Shown in pieces: positions 27,252-38,933 of a stretch of 64,000 nucleotides of DNA; within the stretch, counting starts at the first letter, position 1; each line of letters opens with the position of its first letter. The position numbers and the translations under genes were made by a program. The notes under the pieces are model-generated. The model made no database searches and was not told the DNA's origin. It saw only the letters and a program-made list of their open reading frames with translations. Location of the stretch: the NCBI GenBank assembly GCA_045643805.1, contig JAZRFT010000017.1, forward strand, positions 88,123-152,122, written 5' to 3'. This DNA is from Acutalibacteraceae bacterium. GTDB lineage: Bacteria > Bacillota > Clostridia > Oscillospirales > Acutalibacteraceae.

Positions 27252-27500
27252 AATAATTTCTTCTTTTTTCTGATGTGGAAATTATATTATGTAAACGGTA
27301 GGTTTGTCAAGAAAAGAATAAAGCAGACGACTGGGAAGAATCGTCTGCTTAGGTGCGGGTGATTTTATCATGGCAACGCCGTAGATATCATCAAAATAAA
27401 GTTTTGTATATCATCATTGTGTAAGGGTTTTTATGCACACATTCAGTGTGATGATATACACGCTAACGCGTGATGATATGCCATTGCTTTCGCAAAGGAT

Positions 27501-27534
27501 AAAAAAACAGACAAGCTATTGCTTGTCTGTTTTT
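27501..27534. terminator. Terminator downstream of the tRNA-Thr/Tyr pair
   Basis: AAAAAAACAGACAAGC-tatt-GCTTGTCTGTTTTT. Confidence 0.75.
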
Positions 27535-27535
27535 C

Positions 27536-27620
<85 letters not shown>

Positions 27621-27629
27621 ATATAAAAT

Positions 27630-27705
27630 TGGAGCTGGTGGACGGACTCGAACCCCCGACCTGCTGATTACAAATCAGCTGCTCTACCAACTGAGCTACA
27701 CCAGC
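27630..27705 (-). tRNA. tRNA-Thr (anticodon TGT)
   Basis: The reverse complement is GCTGGTGTAGCTCAGTTGGTAGAGCAGCTGATTTGTAATCAGCAGGTCGGGGGTTCGAGTCCGTCCACCAGCTCCA. Confidence 0.92.
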
Positions 27706-28012
27706 TTATTTGCTGTGTTCCGTAGAACGCTCGGATATAATATCACAATAAAACGGGGTTGTCAATACTTTTTTTGAATTTTTTTGATATTTTTTTATTT
27801 TTTCAGAATTGCCTTTCGAACTGCTGTTTTTCAACCTGAATTGAAAAAAACACATTGTTTAATTGCTACAATTTTTTTAAACAAAGTGAGAATGCGTAAG
27901 CTTTTTGAACAAAATTTATTTATCCTATTGCTTTTTGGTAAAAGTTTTTGATATTATAAAAAATGACAGAATTTGTCATACTTATAATCGAAAGAGAATT
28001 GGAGTGTAAATT

Positions 28013-29755
28013 ATGGATTTATTTGATATTCTTTCGCTTGTGGGAGGCCTTGCTCTTTTCCTGTTCGGTATGAACATAATGGGTTCTTCATTGGAAAAGA
28101 AGGCGGGCGGTCAGCTTAAGGCTGTTCTCAGTAAAATGACGGATAATCCCGCAAAAGGTTTCCTTTTGGGGCTTATCGTAACAGCAATTATTCAGTCATC
28201 ATCAGCAACCACTGTTATGGTTGTCGGCTTTGTTAACTCAGGTATTATGACTCTTCACCAGGCAGTCGGCCCCATTATGGGTGCTAATGTCGGTACCACA
28301 ATTACAGGCTGGATCCTTTCTCTTTCCGCTATCAAGGGCGGCGGTTTTATGGATTTATTAAAACCTGACTCATTTGTTCCCGTTCTTGCTCTTATCGGTA
28401 TTTATCTTCTTATGTTCAGCAAAAAGAACAAGAGCAAAGATACGGCAATGATTCTTCTCGGCTTTGCCACTCTTATGACCGGTATGGAAACTATGTCCGA
28501 TGCCGTGTCAGGTCTTAAGGAGGTTCCTGAATTTACAAGCATCCTCACCCTCTTCTCAAATCCCGTTTTAGGTGTTCTTGCAGGTGCGGTGCTTACAGCT
28601 ATCATTCAGTCATCTTCAGCATCAGTCGGTATCCTTCAGGCTATTTCAACCACAGGTGTTGTTACCTTCGGTACAGCAATTCCTGTTATTATGGGTATGG
28701 CTATCGGTACTTGTATCACAGCTGTTCTTTCTTCAATCGGTGCAAACAAGAATGCAAAGCGTGCAACCCTTGTGCATCTTTATTTCAACATTTTCGGTAC
28801 CATAGCAGCTCTTGTGCTTTTCTACGGCGCAAACGCAATTTTCAAATTTGATTTCTTTGACAATGCTGCCACAGAGGTAGGCATTGCAATCGTAAACACT
28901 GCTTACAAGGTCTTCTGTGTTGTTATGTGGGCACCTATGATTAAGGTTCTTGAAAAGATGGCAACCGTCAGCATCAAGGATACAGATGAAAAAGAAAAGT
29001 ACGAAATGCTCGACGAAAGACTTCTGGCAACTCCTGCTGTTGCAGTTGACCGTTGCCGTGCAGTTACTCTTTCAATGGCTGAAATTGCGGTTGAAAGTGT
29101 TAAGAATGCTCTTTCACTTGTCGGAAAATATGACGAAAAGCTTGGCGAAAAGGTTGTTGAAGCTGAAAAGAAAACAGATAAGTATGAGGATAAGCTCGGT
29201 ACTTACCTTGTAAAGGTTTCTGCTCTTGAAATGACAGATGAGGATACCGAAGAGGCATCAACTCTCCTTCACGTTATCGGTGATATTGAAAGAATTGCCG
29301 ACCACCCTGTAAATATCCTTGAATCTGCCCAGGAGGTTGACGAAAAGAAGCTTGAATTCTCCGATGAATGTAAGCAGGAGCTCGGTCAGATTATCGGAGC
29401 AGTAGAAGAAATTATAGACCTTTCCCATGCGGCATTTACTGAAAATGACCTTGAAAAGGCAAAGCTTGTTGAGCCTCTTGAACAGGTTGTTGATGACCTT
29501 CAGGATGTGCTTAAGGCACGTCACATCAAGCGTCTTCAGAAGGGTGAGTGCACAGTTGAACTTGGCTTTGTGCTGACTGACCTTCTGAGAAACTTTGAGC
29601 GTATTTCCGACCATTGTTCAAACATTGCAGGTATTGTGCTTGAAATGAACAGATCCCATGACGTGGCAATCCATAAGTATCTTAAAAAGGTGCGTAAGGG
29701 TGAAAACGACTACGAGAACAAGTACGTGTCTTTCTCCGAAAAATACAAAGTGTAA
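28013..29755 (+). CDS. Na/Pi cotransporter family protein with C-terminal PhoU-like repeats
   Basis: The N-terminal half has duplicated QSSSATT / QSSSASV motifs typical of the Na+/Pi-cotransporter family. The C-terminal half has two PhoU-like helices with E.I.DH motifs. Confidence 0.85.
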   Translation: MDLFDILSLVGGLALFLFGMNIMGSSLEKKAGGQLKAVLSKMTDNPAKGFLLGLIVTAIIQSSSATTVMVVGFVNSGIMTLHQAVGPIMGANVGTTITGWILSLSAIKGGGFMDLLKPDSFVPVLALIGIYLLMFSKKNKSKDTAMILLGFATLMTGMETMSDAVSGLKEVPEFTSILTLFSNPVLGVLAGAVLTAIIQSSSASVGILQAISTTGVVTFGTAIPVIMGMAIGTCITAVLSSIGANKNAKRATLVHLYFNIFGTIAALVLFYGANAIFKFDFFDNAATEVGIAIVNTAYKVFCVVMWAPMIKVLEKMATVSIKDTDEKEKYEMLDERLLATPAVAVDRCRAVTLSMAEIAVESVKNALSLVGKYDEKLGEKVVEAEKKTDKYEDKLGTYLVKVSALEMTDEDTEEASTLLHVIGDIERIADHPVNILESAQEVDEKKLEFSDECKQELGQIIGAVEEIIDLSHAAFTENDLEKAKLVEPLEQVVDDLQDVLKARHIKRLQKGECTVELGFVLTDLLRNFERISDHCSNIAGIVLEMNRSHDVAIHKYLKKVRKGENDYENKYVSFSEKYKV

Positions 29756-29822
29756 AATCAGATTAAACAGTGTTACATAAATTTGACTTTTGTATTAGTT
29801 TTTGAAGCAACTGTTATTTTTG

Positions 29823-29851
29823 TTGACAAACATTGAATTATCTGTTATTAT
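29823..29851 (+). promoter_or_regulatory. Near-consensus promoter of the 34-aa peptide gene
   Basis: TTGACA, a 17-nt spacer, then TATTAT. Confidence 0.6.
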
Positions 29852-29898
29852 TAATTTACGGAAAATCCGAAACAAGTATTTTAACAGGAGGTACTATC

Positions 29899-30003
29899 AT
29901 GGAAGCTTTAGAAAAAGTATTTGCTACAATCAAGGAAGTTCTCGAAATCATCAAGAATTTCTTCAGCGAAATCTTCCCCCAGAAGGACGAAGCAGCTCAG
30001 TAA
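29899..30003 (+). CDS. Unannotated 34-aa amphipathic peptide (MEALEKVFATIKEVLEIIKNFFSEIFPQKDEAAQ)
   Basis: The RBS AACAGGAGG lies 7 nt before the ATG. It has its own promoter upstream and a terminator 14 nt downstream. It is below the ORF-track length cut-off. Confidence 0.55.
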   Translation: MEALEKVFATIKEVLEIIKNFFSEIFPQKDEAAQ

Positions 30004-30016
30004 TTTTAAAAATTGA

Positions 30017-30045
30017 GAGGAGACCGAAAGGTCTCCTCGTTTTCT
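30017..30045. terminator. Bidirectional terminator (peptide gene / pth)
   Basis: GAGGAGACC-gaaa-GGTCTCCTC followed by GTTTTC. Confidence 0.75.
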
Positions 30046-30059
30046 TGTGTTATGATTTT

Positions 30060-30662
30060 TTAAGAATTAACCTTGCTCATTGCTCCGTCAATGTCACCTT
30101 CAACCATAAATTCAAGCGCTGTTGCAGTTTTTTCTGCGGCAGCCTTTATTTTTTCTGCTTCGTCCTTTGAAAAGCGTGAAAGCACCCAGTCAGCAAGATC
30201 GTATTCCGGGTTAGGCTTTGCACCGATACCAACTTTTATACGGGGGATAGCGTCACTTTTCATATGATAAATTATGTTCTTCATACCGTTCTGACCGCCG
30301 TCTGAGCCCTTGCGACGGATTCTTACCTTGCCGGGCTCAAGGCTGATATCATCGTAAATGACAATAATATTTTCGGGCTTGATTTTGTAAAACTCTGCCG
30401 CATCTCGTACAGCTTCACCGCTTAAATTCATAAATGTCTGCGGTTTAAGGAAAAGGCAACGGTGCCCCTTGATTCTTGCTTCACCCATAAGTGACTTGAA
30501 TTTAAGGCGGTCAATTTTAAATCCGTTTTTTTCGGCAAAAAGGTCAATACAGATAAAGCCTGCATTGTGACGTGTTATTTCGTATTGCTTGCCGGGGTTT
30601 CCCAGGCCGACGATAAGGTACTCATAGGTACCGCTGTTTTCAAATTTCTTTTTAAAAACCAA
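30060..30662 (-). CDS. pth: Peptidyl-tRNA hydrolase
   Basis: Start moved to the TTG 8 nt after AAGGAG (LVFKKKF...). LIVGLGNPGKQYEITRHNAGF is the Pth signature. Confidence 0.9.
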   Translation of the reverse strand: MVFKKKFENSGTYEYLIVGLGNPGKQYEITRHNAGFICIDLFAEKNGFKIDRLKFKSLMGEARIKGHRCLFLKPQTFMNLSGEAVRDAAEFYKIKPENIIVIYDDISLEPGKVRIRRKGSDGGQNGMKNIIYHMKSDAIPRIKVGIGAKPNPEYDLADWVLSRFSKDEAEKIKAAAEKTATALEFMVEGDIDGAMSKVNS

Positions 30663-30913
30663 TGTAAAAACTCCTTGTGTGATTTTCTGATTATCAATTA
30701 TATACAAATCCTCTGAAAAGTGCAATAGTTAAGGTTGTTTTCAGTCTGACATTATATAGTATAGCAAAAAAATATATTTCTTTACCTCCGGCGGCACTTA
30801 TATTGCTAATATAGAAATAAATTTGAAAATCATTATGCTATAATTTAAGTTAACTTAAATTGAGTTATTATGCTTATTTTCAGATAAATACTGTTAAATA
30901 CGGAGGAATAAAA

Positions 30914-31735
30914 ATGGAAAGACAGAAGGGTCGCAGAGACGGTTTTGACAAAAATAAAAAGCGTGAAGATAACGATGAAAAGGAAGAGAGAAATCAGGAT
31001 CTCATCATTGGCAGAAATGCTGTAAGTGAGGCTCTTCGCAATGACCGTGCAATTGACACTCTGCTTGTGCTTCGCGGTGAAAGGAATGGTTCTGTGGGCA
31101 GAATAATTGCCGAGTGCCGTGAAAAGGAAATTGTAATCAAAGAGGTTGACAAAAAGAAGCTTGACTTCCTTTGCGGTCAGGGTAACCATCAGGGTGTTGC
31201 CGCCTGGGCAGCGGTGCACGAGTATGCTACCGTTGAGGATATGCTCGCTCTTGCAAAGGAAAGGGGAGAGGATCCCTTCATCATTCTTTGTGACGAGCTT
31301 GAAGACCCTCACAACCTCGGTGCTATAATCCGTACGGCTGAAACAACGGGGGCTCACGGAATAATTATTCCAAAAAGAAGAAACGCTTCCCTTACCTGGG
31401 CGGTAGGCAAAGCTTCCGCAGGTGCAGTTGAATATGTTCCCGTGGCAAGGGTGGCAAACATTGCTTCAACTCTTGATGAGCTTAAAAAGCAGGGCTTCTG
31501 GGTTTACACGGCGGATATGGACGGAAAAAACTGGTGCGAAACCGATTTCAGCGGCAGTGTAGCTCTAGTTGTTGGCTCGGAAGGCAAAGGCGTAAGCCGA
31601 CTTGTTAAAGAAAAGAGTGACTTTGTTGTATCCCTTCCCATGAGGGGCAAAATCACATCCCTCAACGCTTCCGTTGCCGCAAGTGTACTTATGTATGAAG
31701 TTGCAAGACAAAGACTCGGCATCAAGGCAAAATAA
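30914..31735 (+). CDS. rlmB: 23S rRNA (guanosine-2'-O)-methyltransferase, SpoU/TrmH family (RlmB-like)
   Basis: Start moved to the ATG at 30914 after GGAGGA. Motifs are HNLGAIIRTAE, VGSEGKGVSRLV and SLNASVAASVLMYE. Confidence 0.85.
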   Translation: MERQKGRRDGFDKNKKREDNDEKEERNQDLIIGRNAVSEALRNDRAIDTLLVLRGERNGSVGRIIAECREKEIVIKEVDKKKLDFLCGQGNHQGVAAWAAVHEYATVEDMLALAKERGEDPFIILCDELEDPHNLGAIIRTAETTGAHGIIIPKRRNASLTWAVGKASAGAVEYVPVARVANIASTLDELKKQGFWVYTADMDGKNWCETDFSGSVALVVGSEGKGVSRLVKEKSDFVVSLPMRGKITSLNASVAASVLMYEVARQRLGIKAK

Positions 31736-31808
31736 ACTGTGTTCAATTCCGAATTTTTTATAAAAAACGAGCATTCCCCTTATTACATCTGAAAGGATCT
31801 GAAAGCTC

Positions 31809-34169
31809 ATGTCAGACAATAACAAAGAAAGAAAGCTTCCCGGAAAGGACTATTTTCATAACTATAAAGGTGACCCCGAGGCAAAAAAGCACAAGCGTGA
31901 TATAAGTGAAACGCAGAAGCTTGAATTTGCCGCCGCCTTCAGCGATGATGACGAAGAGGTGAAGACCTATACCCCTGCACCGAAGCAGAAGCCTGCCGAG
32001 GTGAAGGTTGAGGTTGCTCCCGTTTCCGAGGAGGAGCTTTACGCTGTACCCGAGTTTAACTCCGATGAATTTTTCCAGACTCTCGGTATTAAGGTTGACG
32101 CAGATGCCGAGAAAAAGGAAGATATGGACAAAACAGTAGCGTTTTCAAAAAAGGAGCTTGAAAAAGTCGCCGAGCCCGAAAAGGCTGACGAGAAAGAAAA
32201 CACAAAGGAGTTAAGTGATACTCTCGGTAATACAAGATATTTTAACCTTCGCCAGAAGATGAAGAGAAATCCTCAGGATAAAAACAGAAAGACCTTTATG
32301 CAGAATTTCCGTGTGCTTTCAAAGGACAGAGAGGACAGGGCAATTTTAGAGGTTGCTCCTACGGGCAGAGGCGGAAGAGGTCTTGCCGACTCCGTTAAGC
32401 CTGAAAAGGGTGAGGATATTTTTGACGCTGTTGAAAAAGCCTGCATAGATAAGGATGAAGGAGCAAAGGATAAAAACGATAAGCTCCTTCAGAAAAAAGA
32501 AAGAGAACAGCAGGGTATTTTCAGAGGTGAAGAGCTTAAGACAGAGCTTAGCCGTGAAACCGAAAAAAACAGAACCGGTATGATTATTTATGGTGTACTT
32601 TTTGCTGTCAGTCTTATTCTTACTTTGTTTTTTAAACGCTTTGATTTTTACGGCTATGCAAGTCTGTTGATTTCACTTGTAAGCTGCGGAATGTGCTTCC
32701 CTGCTTTTATTAAAAGCTTCAAGGCCATCAAGGACCTTACTGCTGTTTCTGATACGGCGCTTGCTGTAATGAGCTTTTTTGCTCTTATTCACAACCTTGC
32801 TCTTATCGGTCTCGGACAAAAGGGCAGCACCTATACACTTTGCGTTGTGTTTGCCTGCCTTGTAAGAGTATGTGCAAATTATTTCAGACTTATGGGCAGA
32901 AGCCGTTTTGTTTCTATGGCGCTCAAAAGCAAAAGTCTTTCAATTTTACAGCGTATCCCCGTTAAAAGTGATGCTGCTTCCTTTGCAAAGAATGTGAGCA
33001 AAAATGAAGAGCCTGACGTTTTTTACTGTGCTGACGCTTTCCTTGACACAAGCGTTGAAGAGCCTGTAAACGACAAAACGAAGGAAAACAAATATTACAT
33101 TTTCACAATGAGCTTTGTGCTTCTTGCTTCTCTTGTTGTCGGTCTTATCTGCTTTGTAACGGAGCTTTCAGGCTTAAGCTTCATCACAGCACTTACCGCA
33201 ACGGTATGTACGCTTATTCCTGTTATGTACGATCCCCTGAGCAGAATTATCTTCTACCGTAACGGTAAAGAAATGCTTAAGCAGGGTGCTTGTATTTCAG
33301 GCAGAGAAGCCCTTGAACACATCGGCTCCTCCGACGGCTTTGTGCTTGATGCAAGAGATGTTTTTGCAGGTGAGGTTTCACGCTTCCGTAAGTCGGCAAT
33401 TTCATCAATTTCACAAAATGACAGCGCTGTTTTTGCAGCCTTGCTTATAAGAGAGGCAGGCTCTGTGCTTGCTCCCTGCTTTGATGAATTTTTAGAGCAG
33501 ATGAACATCACCCTTCCTCCCGTGGAAAACTTCCTTTACGAGGAGCGTCAGGGCTATTCAGCCTGGGTGCTTGACAGAAAAATCCTTGTCGGTAACAGAC
33601 AGATGCTTCTCAATCATTCAATCAGCGTTCCCTCAAAGGAGCACGAAAAGGCTTACGGCAAGGGCAGATATGTAATGTACGTTGTAATCGACGGTGAAAT
33701 TACGGCAACCTTCCTTGTAAATTACAAGGTGCTTTCCTCCTTAAGAAGATATTCCCGTGACTTCAATAAAACAGGTCTTGTGCTTATGCTCACCTCAAAG
33801 GAAGCCTTCCTCAGCGAGGAAATTGTTGCGGCAAAGTTTTCACTTGACGCTTCCTCTGTAAAGCTTCTTTCGCAGAAGGCGGCAAACGTTATGGAAAAAT
33901 ACAACAGCTTTGAAAAGCAGAGCTCTACGGGACTTATCTGTTCAAGAAAAAAGCGCAGTATAATGCACCTTATTATGGGCTGCTATAATTCAAATGCAAC
34001 CGACCGCTTCATTCTTACAATGATGCTTCTCGGTCAGGTTCTCGGCTTTATTCTTCTTGTTCTTTCACCTATTCTCAATATGCCGATATTCCTCAACCCC
34101 GTTACAATTGTTGTGCTCAGGCTTTTATGGGGTGCGGTTACAAACTTTATTACAGAGCGAAAAAAATAA
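31809..34169 (+). CDS. Membrane protein: degenerate (catalytically dead) P-type ATPase homologue with a long charged N-terminal extension
   Basis: The topology matches P1B ATPases, with several TM segments, a ~220-aa cytoplasmic domain and 2 C-terminal TM segments. Blocks ILVGNRQML, YVMYVVIDGEITATFLV and TGLVLMLTSKE align by eye with P1B ATPase blocks. DKTGT, TGDN and GDGxND are all absent. Confidence 0.55.
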   Translation: MSDNNKERKLPGKDYFHNYKGDPEAKKHKRDISETQKLEFAAAFSDDDEEVKTYTPAPKQKPAEVKVEVAPVSEEELYAVPEFNSDEFFQTLGIKVDADAEKKEDMDKTVAFSKKELEKVAEPEKADEKENTKELSDTLGNTRYFNLRQKMKRNPQDKNRKTFMQNFRVLSKDREDRAILEVAPTGRGGRGLADSVKPEKGEDIFDAVEKACIDKDEGAKDKNDKLLQKKEREQQGIFRGEELKTELSRETEKNRTGMIIYGVLFAVSLILTLFFKRFDFYGYASLLISLVSCGMCFPAFIKSFKAIKDLTAVSDTALAVMSFFALIHNLALIGLGQKGSTYTLCVVFACLVRVCANYFRLMGRSRFVSMALKSKSLSILQRIPVKSDAASFAKNVSKNEEPDVFYCADAFLDTSVEEPVNDKTKENKYYIFTMSFVLLASLVVGLICFVTELSGLSFITALTATVCTLIPVMYDPLSRIIFYRNGKEMLKQGACISGREALEHIGSSDGFVLDARDVFAGEVSRFRKSAISSISQNDSAVFAALLIREAGSVLAPCFDEFLEQMNITLPPVENFLYEERQGYSAWVLDRKILVGNRQMLLNHSISVPSKEHEKAYGKGRYVMYVVIDGEITATFLVNYKVLSSLRRYSRDFNKTGLVLMLTSKEAFLSEEIVAAKFSLDASSVKLLSQKAANVMEKYNSFEKQSSTGLICSRKKRSIMHLIMGCYNSNATDRFILTMMLLGQVLGFILLVLSPILNMPIFLNPVTIVVLRLLWGAVTNFITERKK

Positions 34170-34187
34170 AAAAGAAGGTGTATCCTT

Positions 34188-34889
34188 TTGAAAGAAATTG
34201 TAAAAATAGATTCCCTTGTTAAATCCTACGGCAAAAAGACCGTGCTTGACGGGATTTCATTTTCATTGAATGAGGGCGAAATTGTGGGACTTCTCGGCCC
34301 CAACGGCTCGGGTAAGACTACGCTTATAAAAATTCTTACGGGTCTTATCAAGGACCACAAGGGAAGCGTAAAAATCGACGGTGAGGCTCCCGGTGTACAC
34401 ACAAAGGAAATTGTTGCCTTCCTTCCCGATAAATCCTATCTTCCCGACTGGATGAAGCCGACAGATGCAATAGATTATTTTGCCGATTTTTACAAGGATT
34501 TTGATAAAAACAAGGCAACTGAAATGATGCAGCGCTTCGGTGTGGATATGAATCAGCGCCTTAAGACTATGTCAAAGGGTCAGCAGGAAAAGGTTAACCT
34601 CATTCTTGTAATCTGCCGTAGAGCAAAGGTGTATATCCTTGACGAGCCTCTCGGTGGTCTTGACCCTGCTTCAAGAAGTGCAATCCTTGACTTTATCCTT
34701 GAAAATTATTCAAAGGAAGCAACCGTGCTTCTTTCAACACACCTTGTAAATGATGTTGAAAGAGTTTTCAACCGTGTGCTTATGATAAGCGGCGGCAGCC
34801 TTGTTATCAATACTCCCGTTGAGGAAATCAGAAAAACAGGCAAAAGCGTTGAGGATGTTTTCAAGGAGGTGTTTGCTTATGTTTGGTAA
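34188..34889 (+). CDS. ABC transporter ATP-binding protein
   Basis: Walker A GPNGSGKTT, signature MSKGQQEK and Walker B VYILDEP are present. The start codon is TTG. Confidence 0.9.
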   Translation: MKEIVKIDSLVKSYGKKTVLDGISFSLNEGEIVGLLGPNGSGKTTLIKILTGLIKDHKGSVKIDGEAPGVHTKEIVAFLPDKSYLPDWMKPTDAIDYFADFYKDFDKNKATEMMQRFGVDMNQRLKTMSKGQQEKVNLILVICRRAKVYILDEPLGGLDPASRSAILDFILENYSKEATVLLSTHLVNDVERVFNRVLMISGGSLVINTPVEEIRKTGKSVEDVFKEVFAYVW

Positions 34890-35700
34890 GCTTTTAAAGC
34901 ACGAAATCAGACACAGTGCAAGATACAATCTTGTAATTTACCTTGTTGCTGTTGCAGTTACACTTGTAATGGCCCTGTCCCTTGTAACGGAATCAACAGC
35001 CCTCGGAGTTGTAAGCTGCTTTGCAATTTATATTACGGGCTTTGCAACGGTGCTTGTCACCCTTGTTTCCGTAATCAAAAATTTTTACGATACCCTTTAT
35101 TCCCGTCAGGGCTATCTGACCCTTACCCTTCCCGTAAAGTCGAGTGAGCTGCTTGCTTCGAAGGTGCTTGTTTCATTTTTGTGGATTATAGTAAGCTTTC
35201 TCATTATGGCACTTACCTGGGTTTCAATTTTCTTCTATGTAAAAGAGCAGACCCAGGCAAGCTTCGATGTGCTGAAAATTCTCTTTACCGATTCAGGACT
35301 TCTTGAAATGCTTCCCTCAGGCTTTGTTGTGGCGCAGGTGATTATAGTTTTCGGACTTATTATTCTTGCAAAAATCCTGACCTATGTAGGCTATATTTAT
35401 TTTGCAGTTACCGTTGCAAATACAAGGAGCTTTCAGGCTCATCCCAAGTTTTTCGGCGGTATAACATTCTTTGCAGTAATGCTTGTTATTTCAAAAATCA
35501 ACAATTTCCTCACAGAAAAGGCTCCCCTTACATTTTTTGTTACAAACGAAAAAGCCTTCTTTACCTTTGAACCTATGGGAGGTGTAGAGGGCGCAATTAT
35601 TTCCTACGGTGTAGGCGGTACCCTTTTTACAGGCCTTGTTGCCCTTGTATTACTCATTTGTACAGCGTATATAATTGAGCATAAGGTTAACATCAAATAA
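34879..35700 (+). CDS. ABC-2-type membrane permease (hypothetical)
   Basis: Start moved to the ATG at 34879 after AAGGAGGTG, overlapping the ATPase stop by 11 nt. Six hydrophobic segments are predicted. Confidence 0.6.
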   Translation: MFGKLLKHEIRHSARYNLVIYLVAVAVTLVMALSLVTESTALGVVSCFAIYITGFATVLVTLVSVIKNFYDTLYSRQGYLTLTLPVKSSELLASKVLVSFLWIIVSFLIMALTWVSIFFYVKEQTQASFDVLKILFTDSGLLEMLPSGFVVAQVIIVFGLIILAKILTYVGYIYFAVTVANTRSFQAHPKFFGGITFFAVMLVISKINNFLTEKAPLTFFVTNEKAFFTFEPMGGVEGAIISYGVGGTLFTGLVALVLLICTAYIIEHKVNIK

Positions 35701-35716
35701 CAAACTCAATTACTGA

Positions 35717-38779
<3,063 letters not shown>

Positions 38780-38933
38780 AAAATCTAAGGATAAAAAACA
38801 GAAAGGTCGTTGAATTTATGAAAAAAAACTATGGTGAACCTGTTGCCGCACTCTGTGCGATTGCAACGCTTATTTGCCTGAGATGTACGGTTAAGCGTAT
38901 GGTTAAAAAGTATTCGGGTGTAAAGTTATAATT

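Noticed and set aside
29802-30170. 122-aa plus-strand ORF covering the gap between the Na/Pi gene and pth.
   Set aside because: It reads through a promoter, a terminator hairpin and the antisense of pth. The short 29899..30003 frame with its own RBS is the credible coding unit.
30845-31357. 170-aa minus-strand ORF overlapping the rlmB start region.
   Set aside because: It is antisense to rlmB and its AT-rich promoter, with no RBS and a low-complexity hydrophobic translation.
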